DNA of 63,554 bases, filler included, from Diploschistes diacapsis (lineage: Eukaryota): the NCBI GenBank assembly GCA_023645945.1. It is 26 parts of 26 records of this genome, joined end to end, with 100 filler letters (N's around TTAATTAATTAA, not from the genome) between each part and the next. Parts side by side here need not be neighbours in the genome. Positions count along the whole stretch, not along the records: positions 32,984 to 51,121 come from JALAIB010000423.1; 25 more parts are not named here. One strand, written 5' to 3'. The notes below the pieces were generated by a model. The model had not been told where the DNA came from, made no database searches, and saw only the letters and a list, made by a program, of their open reading frames with translations. A program made the position numbers and the translations under genes. This document shows positions 35,355-46,350 of this stretch, piece after piece; the first letter of the stretch is position 1, and each line of letters opens with the position of its first letter.

Positions 35355-36422
35355 ATGCTTCTACCATCAAATATGGTAACACGTATGTATACATGCCCAC
35401 GATGTCTTCGTGCGATTGCACGACGAAGAGCACCTAGAGAATTCCGCAGGTATGCTTCAGTCGAAGCAGTCACTCCAGCACCTTCTTTGGAGCAAATGGC
35501 AATGTCCACCCCTCCCATTGCTCGCCATCACCCCATGCAGCCTCCTTCGCTCAAGCCGCCTGAATTCAGGAGAACTCAAATACATCGCCAGTACACCTCT
35601 ATGCTTCGCTCGACCCCCATGATGATATTCTTTCAGCATACAAATCTAAAGTCGAACGAATGGGTAGCGGTACGAAGAGAGCTGGCAGTCGCATTGCGGA
35701 AAGTCGACGAATCGAGCAAGGCAAAGGGATATACGGACTTGGATCTCGCTGACAGTATCAAGATTCAGGTCATTCAGACCGGGGTTTTTGGCGCTGCTCT
35801 AAGGGTCGTGGAATACTATGAAACCGAGCCTCTGAAAGTCATCAACGCTTTGGACACGGCTGTGCCGACATCTTCGGAGCTTCCTCCATCGGGCTCTCCT
35901 TCACAGGCATTTGCAATCCCCCATGCACTGTCCCGCTCGGCGTACGAAGCTGTTGAGAAAAAGAAGCTGGGACAAGCTTTGGCGCCACTTATCGTGGGTC
36001 AACTTGCAGTATTAACCTTTCCAACCGTCTCTGCTGAGCATCTCAAGGCCGCCATGTCTATTTTGTCACCCCAGGCGCCAAACTTCCCAGCTCCCAAACG
36101 TCGTACAGATCCTGGATACCACGATCCAAGTGTTCAAGCTGGGGTTCAAAAGCTTTTGCTCTTGGGAGCTCGTGTTGAGGGAAAGGTGTTTGATACGGAG
36201 GGTGCACGATGGGTGGGATCTATTGAAGGAGGTATTGATGGATTAAGGGGTCAATTGGCCGCCATGCTCCAGAGCCTGGGCGCTGGTGTTACCAATACTC
36301 TGGAGACCGCAGGCCGGAGCCTCTACTTTACGATGGAAAGTAGGAGAACCATGCTGGATGAAGAGAAAGGGAAGACCGAGACCGAGACCGAGACCGACAG
36401 AGCGAGCGACCAGAAACAGTAA
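35355..36422 (+). CDS. MRPL11: Mitochondrial ribosomal protein uL10m (yeast YmL11-like)
   Basis: Arg-rich presequence, then QPPSLKPPEFRRTQIHRQY, FFQHTNLKSNEWVAVRREL and KLLLLGARVEGKVFD...GGIDGLRGQLAAML. The start could be 35355, 35373 or 35385. Confidence 0.85.
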   Translation: MLLPSNMVTRMYTCPRCLRAIARRRAPREFRRYASVEAVTPAPSLEQMAMSTPPIARHHPMQPPSLKPPEFRRTQIHRQYTSMLRSTPMMIFFQHTNLKSNEWVAVRRELAVALRKVDESSKAKGYTDLDLADSIKIQVIQTGVFGAALRVVEYYETEPLKVINALDTAVPTSSELPPSGSPSQAFAIPHALSRSAYEAVEKKKLGQALAPLIVGQLAVLTFPTVSAEHLKAAMSILSPQAPNFPAPKRRTDPGYHDPSVQAGVQKLLLLGARVEGKVFDTEGARWVGSIEGGIDGLRGQLAAMLQSLGAGVTNTLETAGRSLYFTMESRRTMLDEEKGKTETETETDRASDQKQ

Positions 36423-37295
36423 TTTTTCAACGTGACAGCACTGTTCATGCGCAGCTTTCAGAGCTCCTGGTCTCGGATGTGGCAACATCGAATGTCAGCC
36501 GGTTAAGTTTCAGCATTTTGCACACCCACGGTTACAAGACAGGCCAGAATGTCGATTCATTGATTTGGTTATTTGAAATTGATAGCCAGCATCAGTTACT
36601 TTAATACTTCATCTGAACCAACTGGTTTGAATCATTGGGCTCAGAATGTTAGCTTAATCACTTACATAAGCCAGGACATCTGATTAACTTACCACGATAC
36701 AACCTCGCAAATGCGCTATCAGTAGCTACCTACTGCTAGGCACTGCAGCCACATCAAACTTGATTATTTGATCGATTACCGATTACTGGGCCTGTCTCCG
36801 ACATTGATTATAGCCCAGCCTAACATGAACGATCATGTAATCTGTCAGTACAGGAGGGATCATTGGCCCCTCATGTTCACTTCTTCTAAATCCGGTAGCT
36901 ACTTCGTGCGCTTACTGCTCACTGCAAATGGATTTGTGTTGCGCGTCCGTATTGTCTGGATATTCGACTGTTTTCATTTGACGCGTGCTCTCTCCGCCCA
37001 GCGAAAAAGCAGCAAGTTAATACAAACATTTTAAACACTCTAGCGGGTGGTACCTGTATCCGAGAGAGCAAGTACTCAATCCGGAGTTCTGTCCGAGGGG
37101 CAGCTGTCTTTGCTTTGATGTCGGTTTAGGTAATGCTTGGAAATGCTTTCTTTGCTTCGAATTGAAGTACGTGTGTGTAGCCTATCTTGATTAGGGATCC
37201 TTGCTATGAGCCCAGAGCCACTTATATAAAATGGGGGCAGGGAAACCTGCTTGTGTATTCGAAAGATCTTCACCAGACAAGTCACAACCAACAGA

Positions 37296-38450
37296 ATGTC
37301 GAAGCTCATTGTTGTTACTGGAATCACAGGCGTTCAGATATGGTCATTAGAGTTGAAGACGTTGTAATTCTCAATGTTTTGACGGTGGATCTGTTGCCGC
37401 TACTTCCCTAAGGAATCCGGATGGAAAGTACGTGGTGTGACGCGAGACCCTGACTCGGAGAAGTCAAAGACATGGGCAGCCGAAGGCGTGGAGATGGTCA
37501 AGGTGGACGCCGATGATACTTCATCTCTCAAAGTGGCTTTCCAGGGCGCCAGAGCCATTTTTGTCGTGACAGATTTCTAGGGTCCCGTTTGGAACTCAAC
37601 GGGACAGGAGAAGCTCAAGCCTCGCCAGTCAACCTCCGAAAACGCCTTCGATCAAGAGACACAGCAGGAAAGAACTTTGCTGACGCGGCAGCTACCGTAA
37701 AAAACCTAGAGAGATACTTCTTCAGTGGCCTACCAGGGACTGCAGATTACGAAACACGCTATGAGAGCTTGTGGCATTGCAACAGCAAGGTTAAAATTGT
37801 GGACTATATCAAGAACCACCTCCCGGTTTTCCTTCGGACATTCGAGCCAGTGCATACTACGAGAATATACACTCTTCGCTCCCAATAACGCCAGCAAAGG
37901 CTTGCTATTTTCTTTGCTAGGGATGTGTATAAATCTTACTTTGACTAACTCTGATACAGGGATCTGATGGAGCTTGCGACATTGCATGCACCAGTGATCG
38001 AGATACGCCCTTTGCTTGGACCGGCGCTAGTCATGATGTTAGACTTTGCGTCCGCGCCTTGGTCGATCACCAGCCAACCAGGTTGTTGGCTGCCGATAGC
38101 GAATGGCTTGCTTGGCAGGAATACCTTAAAGTCTGGTGCGAGACCCAGAATGTCCCCGTGGGAAGGTACAACGAAATTTCCCCCAACAACTTCGCGAAAG
38201 CTTTCCCTTTCCACGTTGTAGGTATCGAATTCGCAGAAAATTTCCTTTCCTTTTCCTTCAGGACATCGCCAAGTATGAAAAAGCAGGCACGAACAAGTTG
38301 CTTCTGCCCAAGGACGTAAGTTAGAAAAGTCTATACTTCCTGGCGTGAGAGCTTCGCTAACGATTTACAATAGCTTGACATTAAGATGCAAACCTTCAAG
38401 GAGTACTGTACACCGATTTCTCCAAGATTCTTTCTTGGTGGCAAAAAAGA
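37296..38450 (+). pseudogene. NmrA-like (atypical SDR) pseudogene
   Basis: Reads MSKLIVVTGITGVQ...GGSVAA...WKVRGVTRDPDS...AFQGARAIFVVTDF*. The intron donor is mutated (ATATGG at 37338), TGG appears as TAG at 37578, and there are several frameshifts. A TATA box lies at ~37222. Confidence 0.88.
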
Positions 38451-39302
38451 AGAGACTTTTGGCCGAGACTCAATGTTTCGAGAGGATTCATTTCAGAGTA
38501 ACGCTCATTATATACGGATTGCATATACCTTCACTTGATTTTTCAGTTTTTCCCACCTGCTCGTTTGCATATAAGTGCTGTTTCGTTTTTTAGACTTTGA
38601 TCTTGTTCCCAGCTCCCAATCCCTAAGCGCTTAAACCAAGCACAAACCACCATCAGTGGCATCAATTTTCATAGGTCTTTTGACTATTCATGATGCCTTT
38701 ATTAGACTATGAGCAAGCAGAGATAGGTGATATTTTCCTTTTCTTCGGGAATGTATTCAGTCTCTCATACTGGGTGTAGTAGAGTCCTCATTTTCAAACC
38801 ATAATAAGTTTTTGTGATATGGTTCCTATTGTCTTTGAGAAATGCTGTTGCTAAGAGTCACATTTACCACCTGCTCAAGCAAGGGATGCTCTCCATTGTG
38901 TTAACTTAGTGTACCTTTGGACACGTGACTGCGTTCCTCTCGCGCACATTCCAACGGCCCAATGTTTTGGTTCCTAGTTGAAGTCTTCGAAATAGATGGC
39001 GGTCTAGCGCCGGAGGTGTGGGAGACACAATTCAGCGCTCTTCCTGTTCTCATCTTCAACTTTGGTGGCACCGTTAATGTACACATCCTCCTCGTGTGAC
39101 TGCATGCGCACATATCCAGAGTACCGGGCTCAGCAGCTACAAAAGGTGTGGATAGTTGGCTTGACAGATCGCGATCATGGACAACGGTCGAGTTGAGTGA
39201 CAGCTGCATCTCGGATACCTTCGGGCTCAGCAGTCCTCAAGTGACTCACTTTATGAGATGTTACCGTTGCAGTCAAAAACCACGTAAGCTGGTCAAAAAG
39301 CT

Positions 39303-41970
39303 ATGGATGAGCGCAAGGGTGCCCAATATCATTCACATCTCCAAGAACTTAAAACTCCACAATCTGCTCGAGTCAAAGTCGCTACCCAAGCTTCGCGATC
39401 AATATCGCCATATCTCCGCAATATCCTCTCCCGAACGCCGACAATCTCTGCGGCAGAGCATGGCCAAAGCATCACACCGTTGCGGAAACGCGCTCAAATA
39501 CAGCGCATCTGGAATTCCTCCCCACTGAATCCTAATAGACTTCGGCAGCGACGTGAAAAACCCCAAAAGCAGAAAGAAGCAGGTCAAACCTCTGGATCGG
39601 AGTTGTCGTCGACAAACCAAGCTTCCCCTCAAGATGTTGATAATTTACCGAGAGGACCTGAAGGAAGCCTTGAAAGTTTTAATAGAGGAGAAATAGTTTG
39701 GGGTCCACATGCCGATTTTGAGCTTCGCGAGCGTTCGAATTCGATTCGCTCCAGGACACCAAGAGCCGAGATCTGTTCTGATATGAGTGACGCTGTTCGA
39801 CCTCGAGCATCAGAGCAAAAGTCAATACCAAGCACCCCAGTGATAGAAAAGCCTACCAAGCAAAAGCTGCAAGTATCCTTTGACCGCTCACCTTCACAAA
39901 TTCAGAGGGGCTCTGGATACGTCTTTCCGAAGATCGAAGGTGCTGAGGACCCTGCGCGTAAACTCAAAAAATCACAGCTGATTAGGCAGCGCGTCGCCTT
40001 CTTTCTTATAGTGTTTTGTCTCAATACAGCGTGTCTTGTAGCTGCCCTGACGAGCTACCGACATTTGTGGGTCTTGGTCCTGATATTATTTCTCAAAGCG
40101 AAAGACATCTTGTCAACACTCGGAGCGGTGGCGTGGATTGCCAGTACGTCAGTTTTTCGACCAACGCGAAAGATTCCTGAAATATCTCCGAAGTGGATCC
40201 TAGCTTGCGTTACCGCATACGCAGAGACAGAGGCCCAAATTATGAGGACAATCAGCAGCGTCGTGGAGCATCCTCCAGCTTCACATAAATTGGTCATATG
40301 CATCATTCTTGATGGGAAACCGGTGAAAATACGCTCTTACTTCACTCGGATAGCCAAAACCATGCGACGACCATATCAGACATGGAAGTTCGCTCACGGT
40401 GAGCTTAACATCTACACTGGCTTTATGGAGCAGGTTCCTGTCATCATTTTCGAGAAGGTACGAAATGCTGGGAAGAAAGATAGCCTAATCCTGTGCCATG
40501 ATCTTTTTGACGAGATGAGGGATAACATATCAGTCTATACCCGAGCGTTGAGACGAGAGATTTGGACTGATATCCTGCCTTCTCTGCTTGACAATGAAGC
40601 CCCTACCAAGTTCGATTATATATTTTGTACTGACGCTGACTCGCTCATTCATGAGGGCACTCTCGAGAGTCTAGTGATCGCACTTGTGCAGGATCAAAAA
40701 GCGATTGCAGCATGCGGTTTGGTTCTCGCAGAAATGCAAAAAGGTAATGAATGGTCCATTTGGTACCTGTTCCAACAATTCCAGGTCAGTAATAGCACCG
40801 CCGTTGCAGATGACTCCATCAAATCTGATCCCATGAGCTTGATCAAGACCCTGATACTTCGTCCAGTATACTTTTGGACAATTTGTGCGGCGCCGTGCAG
40901 AAGGCATATGGGGACGAGTCACCTGTCTACCCGGTTGTGTTACGATGATCTGCGTACGCAAGGAGATGGCCGGCGCAATCAAGCTGTATGCGGAGCCAGT
41001 GACTGACCGCCTCGTATTCCAGCATCAAGTCCAGTACCTTGGCACAGACAGGCGACTCACCTATTGTATGCTTTCTCAAGGCAAACATTTGCGCACGCTC
41101 TTCGTTCCTCATGCTGTCAGCGAGACAGTAGCACCTCAAGGCTATTTTCATTACATGAGCCAACGGCGACGGTGGGGATCCAACGCTTATTTCAACGACT
41201 ATTTCTATTTCACAGGACCCGAACATTGGATCGTCACTAGGCTCTGGGCCCTCATTGACATTGTGCGGCAGACTCTAGTATACTACAGAGTAGCCAACAC
41301 CATCATGTTTGTTTACGGCTTATACCATCATTTCGTCTTTATCAAGCTCGTTCCCTATATCGTTGTTACTCAGACACCCACCGTTTGGTTTGTGGTTCTG
41401 GTACTCTTCCATGAGCCTATTCTCCGAAAACAAGCGCATAAGCTGTTCTGCGGCTGGGTAATCAACAAATTTTTGTCGCCAATCTTCTCTGTGCTTATTT
41501 TCACGAATATTATAATTAATCTGGGAAGTGCAGGTACGTAAATGCGAGCATTAGAGCGAAGAGCAACTGCTGAAATTCGTGCAGTGTGGGGTAGAACAGG
41601 CGCGAGTACTGAGCCGACAAATGCCCTCGATATTCTACATACTATTACTCCAAAGAAATCATGGTGAGTCATCTTCGAGACACGGTCACTACCATGCCAC
41701 GCCTCGATCTGATCTTTATGCAGGACGCCTAGAAACATAGCGACCCTTGTTCGCGAAGTAATCAGAGAGCGCACTCGGAAAGCGGCGGAGGGACCTCAAC
41801 GAGAAGTCAATCAGCCTGACAACGAAGGTTCAGCAGCAGATGCTCAGCCCCCACAGGCGCAGCAGTCATTGGCTCACTTCGATACTTTCTGGGACCAAGA
41901 TGGGAACAACAATCTTGTCGGACGACGGGTCCCCCGCACTGAGTACGAAGGCCTGGAGGACGTCTTCTAG
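39303..41970 (+). CDS. GT2 chitin-synthase-like processive glycosyltransferase, non-canonical type; exons 39303-40784, 40867-41533, 41585-41663, 41724-41970, 824 aa
   Basis: Motifs VTAYAE, ILDG, NAGKKDS, TDADS, QQFQY, VTCLPGC, LGTDRRLT and SQRRRW, with N- and C-terminal TM helices. Three GT-AG introns restore a single frame. Confidence 0.92.
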
Positions 41971-42153
41971 ACTAACTTGAGTATAATGATGCCGTATACT
42001 AATACGGTTCAGCTCACTCTTACGGAGGCTATGGATACGAACAGATTCATCCAAGTGTATATACAGTTGTGATCTGTGAAGGAATTTCGGTTTCTAACTC
42101 TTTTTCACCAAAAAACCCTCTGTACCGTTTCGATATCCAAATCTCATAGCCGG

Positions 42154-43518
42154 CTAAGCATAACCGTTTATTGTTTCTCCGTAGGCATAATAAGCCTTCG
42201 GCATTAAAGATACATTCGCAGTATCTATCAAAGGAAGAATAGGCTCAAAGCCCAAACTGTTGGGCTTTCCTGAACTCCGGTCTTGGAAAACTTTCGGGTT
42301 GTCTAATGCAACGAATTTCCAGACAAACGCATGCTTCAGTCCGCGTAGGACGCTGAAGTTGATTTGCTTTTGTTTGAGACATACGGCTATGCCGTCAAAC
42401 TCCCTGTCGAGGTAAGTTCGGTTCCACCTCCGTTTGTGAAGCTTCTCCAACCAAGGGATCTTCTCTTTGACTAGTGGATCATAGAAAGCGAGTCTTTCGC
42501 AGCCAGTATCCGATAAAGACTTTGCGAACGCTAGCGCCGGCGAACTCGAGATGTCCGACTGGCCCGGTTTGAAGGCAATGCCGACGACAAGGACCCTGGG
42601 CGGTGAGAAGGGCTCGGTCAGTGGCGAGGGAGGGTCCGCTGTGCTGTTTGACAAATACCTCGTCATGCAGCGTTGATGGAATCTCACGGCCATTTTTTGA
42701 GGCCGTTGTAGCATCATACTGGTCGCCTTCTCAAGCATTGGGAGTCTGTTGTTTGCGAAAAGATAGTATGGGTTGACGGGGATGCAGTGACCACCGACGC
42801 CGAGGCCGGGATAGAAGGCCTGAAAGCCAAAGGGCTTTGTCGTCGCGGCGTCGATCACCTCGTCCGGATTTATTGCGTGAGCCCGACATGCGTCGCTGAT
42901 TTCGTTGACATACGCGATGTTGATCATTCGGTAGCAGTTTTCGTACAACTTGGTCATCTCGGCAGCCTCAGGCTTTGAAACTTCGACTATCTCTTCAAAC
43001 ACCTGCGAATATATGGAAGCGATGTGTTTAAGAGCCTTGGGTGTCAGGCCGGACACTATCTTTGGGATTTGATGAGTAGGAGGCTCGACGCGCCCGGGGT
43101 CGATACGCTCCGGCGACATACCACCGTTGAAAAGATGTTTTGAGGGGCCGAGAAGTTCCTGGGTTGTTCCTACGGGAACGGTACTTTCGATGACGATCGT
43201 GCTGCCTCGCTTTGCATGGCGGAAGACAGCTTGTACAGCAGCGATAACGAAATCGAGATTGACAGAACGGTCCTCACGAACTGGAGTTGGAACGGCAATA
43301 AGATAATGCGTTCCATGTGATAGATTCGACGAATTGGTGGTCAATTCAACTTTCTGGGGCAGGTGATCAAACGTCCCGTCTGATTTAAGTCGATTGATGC
43401 GATACTCCGACGTATCATAGCCAATGCAACGGAATATACGGCCAAAATTCTTGAGAAGGGATTCACCGACGAAGCCAACACCAATCACGCATATGCAAAT
43501 GCTTCCGAAGGCCGACAT
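42154..43518 (-). CDS. UDP-glucose/GDP-mannose dehydrogenase family, UDP-N-acetylhexosamine 6-dehydrogenase type (WbpO/TviB/WecC-like), intronless
   Basis: Motifs VIGVGFVG, VPTP, IESTVPVG, SPERIDPG, AEMTKLYENCYRMINIAYVNE, catalytic GVGGHCIP and GIAFK. Confidence 0.93.
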   Translation of the reverse strand: MSAFGSICICVIGVGFVGESLLKNFGRIFRCIGYDTSEYRINRLKSDGTFDHLPQKVELTTNSSNLSHGTHYLIAVPTPVREDRSVNLDFVIAAVQAVFRHAKRGSTIVIESTVPVGTTQELLGPSKHLFNGGMSPERIDPGRVEPPTHQIPKIVSGLTPKALKHIASIYSQVFEEIVEVSKPEAAEMTKLYENCYRMINIAYVNEISDACRAHAINPDEVIDAATTKPFGFQAFYPGLGVGGHCIPVNPYYLFANNRLPMLEKATSMMLQRPQKMAVRFHQRCMTRYLSNSTADPPSPLTEPFSPPRVLVVGIAFKPGQSDISSSPALAFAKSLSDTGCERLAFYDPLVKEKIPWLEKLHKRRWNRTYLDREFDGIAVCLKQKQINFSVLRGLKHAFVWKFVALDNPKVFQDRSSGKPNSLGFEPILPLIDTANVSLMPKAYYAYGETINGYA

Positions 43519-44136
43519 TGTGCTAAAACATGAATGATCTGTTCAAGGGGGGGAAGTCACGTCTGGAATTTAAGAGCAAATTGTGTGCTATGAATCCCAT
43601 AAACATATCTCTACAGGAACCGTTGCTTGTGGCAATGATCTTCACTCTTGGCCGCATGCGGCTGACCTTCTGCCTTCTTTTTCTCTTTAAGCTCGCTGGG
43701 TCCGAGGGATCCAGTTTTGATTACTAGAGTGCATACCAAAGATCAAAACAAAGAAATCGAATTTTCTATTATTTCGTTTCTGGTATCACCGGAAACATAT
43801 CCCTTTCATTCCAATCGACTTCCGTCAGCAGGGTGCAGCTTCTCATTGGTTCCGATGTCTACCGCCCAATATCCTGCTACACCCCTCACTTGGATGTAGC
43901 GGAGAATGCTGGAGACGCCGAGGACTGCGTACGACTTCCAGGGGTAATATGTCCCATATGAGACGTGCTCAGGAATGCAAGTCGCAGGACGCGTCTTAGG
44001 CACCGTGTACTTATAGGTTGAAATGGCATGTGTAAGAGGCCTGTATCTCTCGTTCTTTGGAACATTCCTGTGCTTTTGAGCGGGTGTCTTGACCATACTA
44101 TATTCTTCGATTGAAGTGGCCTTTGGACGTGGAATC

Positions 44137-46350
44137 ATGAAGCCAATTGTACTCTCTTTGTTGATTTCCATTGTTCATGTTGCTGGCCAGAGTTACGTGT
44201 CAGATGTAGCCCCGTACCAATATCTAGGTTGCTTTTCCGATGCGGCCAACCCTCGTACGCTGTTTTACAGCGAGACTACCAACATTGCGTTCACGCCAAA
44301 GACGGTGGAATCTTGTGTTGCTCTGTGTTCGTCACTCAGCTACATTTACGCTGGGCTCGAATACTCATATGAGGTCTGTCGGTCTGCCACCTTTGGCCTA
44401 GACAGATTACTCACGTTACTCTAGTGCTATTGTGATAACTCGACAATCGCCTCGCCGACTCAGTCGGCTGATTCAGCATGCAATTCACCCTGCCAAGGCA
44501 GCGCCACCGAAGCGTGCGGTGGTAGCTACCTCCTGAGCGTATATTCGCTCAACAAAGCCGCGTTCAAGGCACCCACACCACCCACCACCGTAGCTGGAAC
44601 TTGGGCCTACGTCGGCTGCTACGCCGACAGCCTGATCTCCAGCACGCTTGCTAATGGCCTGTACAGTGCAACCCAAGGCTCTACTGCCGAGAGTTGCGCC
44701 ACTTACTGTGCCGGCTACAAGTACTTCGGCCTCGAATACGGCTACCAATGTTACTGTGCCAATAGCATCACGTCCGGAGCCGCCACCTCGACACAGTGCA
44801 GTACCCCTTGCACCGGACGACGCGACGAGCGCTGCGGAGGGAACAACCTCATCGATATCTACACTTACCAAGCAAGCGGTGCAGCAGCCGCTTCCGCCTC
44901 ATCCGCCTCGGGCGCCTCATCTCCGCTGAACGTCTTACCCGTCCCGGGCGTCTTATCCGTCCCAAGCGTCTTGTCTGTCACGAGCGTCTTATCAGTCCTC
45001 AGCATCTTATCCGTTCCGAGCGCCTCATCCGCCTCGAGCATTTTATCCGCCCCGAGCGCTTCATCCGTCCCGAGCGTCTTATCCGTCCTAAGCGCTTCAT
45101 CCGTCGCGAGCGTCCTATCTGCCTCGAGCCTCTCATCCGTCCCGAACGTTTTATCTTCCTCAAGCGTTTTATCCGTCCCGAGCGCTTCATCCGTTCCGAG
45201 CGTCTTATCCGTCCCGAGCGCTTCATCCGTCGCGATCGTCCTATCTGCCCCGACCGCCTCGTCCGTCCCGAGCGTTTTATCTTCCTCAAGCGTTTTATCC
45301 GCCCCGAACGTTTTATCCGTCCCGAGCGTTTTATCCGTCCCGAGCGTCTTATCCGCCCCGAGCGCCTCATCCATCCCGAGCGTTTTATCCGTCCCGAGCG
45401 TTTTATCTTCTTTAAGCGTTTTATCCGCCTCGAGCGCCTTATCCGTCCCGAGCGTTTTATCTTCCTTAAGCGCCTCATCCGTCCCGAACGTTTTATCTTC
45501 CTCAGGCGTTTTATCCGCCTCCAGCGCCTTATCCGTCCCGAGCGTCTCATCCGCCATAAGCCTTTTGAGCGTCTTATCGACCTCGAGCGCCTCATCAACC
45601 CTGAGCCCGAGCGCCTCATCCGCCCTGAGCGCTTCATCGGCCTCGAGCGCCTTATCGACCTCGAGCGCCTCATCGACCCCGAGCGCCTTATCGACCCCGA
45701 GCGCTTCATCCACCCTGAGCGCTTCATTCGGCCCGAGTGCCTCATCCGCCTCGCGCGCCTCGCGCGCAAGCGCATATGCCGCCTCCGTTGCCTCGGTCAA
45801 TTCCGCCAAAAGTTTGTCGAGCGTCTCCCGCTACTCGGCCCAATCGGCCAACAGCGCCTCCAAGGCGTCCGCGTCGTCGTCCCGGTCCGCAGCACGTGCG
45901 CAAAAGTCCTCGGCCCAGTCCGCACACTCAGCCTCGCTGTCTTCCGCGCGCGCCGCCGTGTCGAACAACAACGTCAACTACCGTTCCAGCGAGTCCGCGT
46001 CGCGCTCGCAAGCCCGCGCAAGCAAATCGTCCTCGCTGTCTGCAGCGCGTGCCTCGAGGGCTTCGGTCAACAGCCAGCACAGCGTGTCGCTGGCTTCTGC
46101 CCGATCCGTGAGGTCGGTGCTGGACCAGAGCGCGTCGTCGTCGCGCTCGCAAGCCCGCGCAAGCAAATCGTCCTCGCTGTCTGCAGCGCGCGCCTCGAGG
46201 GCTTCGGTCGACAGCCAGCACAGCGCGTCGCTAGCTTCTGCCCAATCCGTGAGGTCGGTGGCTTCGGTGCTCTATGCGTCGGCGCATCCGGCTTCCCGTG
46301 CTTCGACGGGTTCCAGTGCTTCGACGGCTTCGATGTCGGGTGGATGCTAG
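44137..46350 (+). CDS. Secreted protein with two WSC domains and a long Ser/Ala/Val-rich repeat tail; exons 44137-44373 and 44425-46350, 720 aa
   Basis: Signal peptide MKPIVLSLLISIVHVAG, then YLGCFSD...YAGLEYSYE|CYCDN...PCQG...CGG and YVGCYAD...YFGLEYGYQCYC...CGG. The 51-nt intron puts the WSC exon in frame with ORF 44971-46350. Confidence 0.92.
44893..45780 (+). repeat. Intragenic tandem array of 18-nt units (PSASSA/PSVLSV)
   Basis: Units such as CCGAGCGCCTCATCCGCC and CCGAGCGTTTTATCCGTC. It is followed by two direct repeats 141 nt apart (46000 and 46141). Confidence 0.95.
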
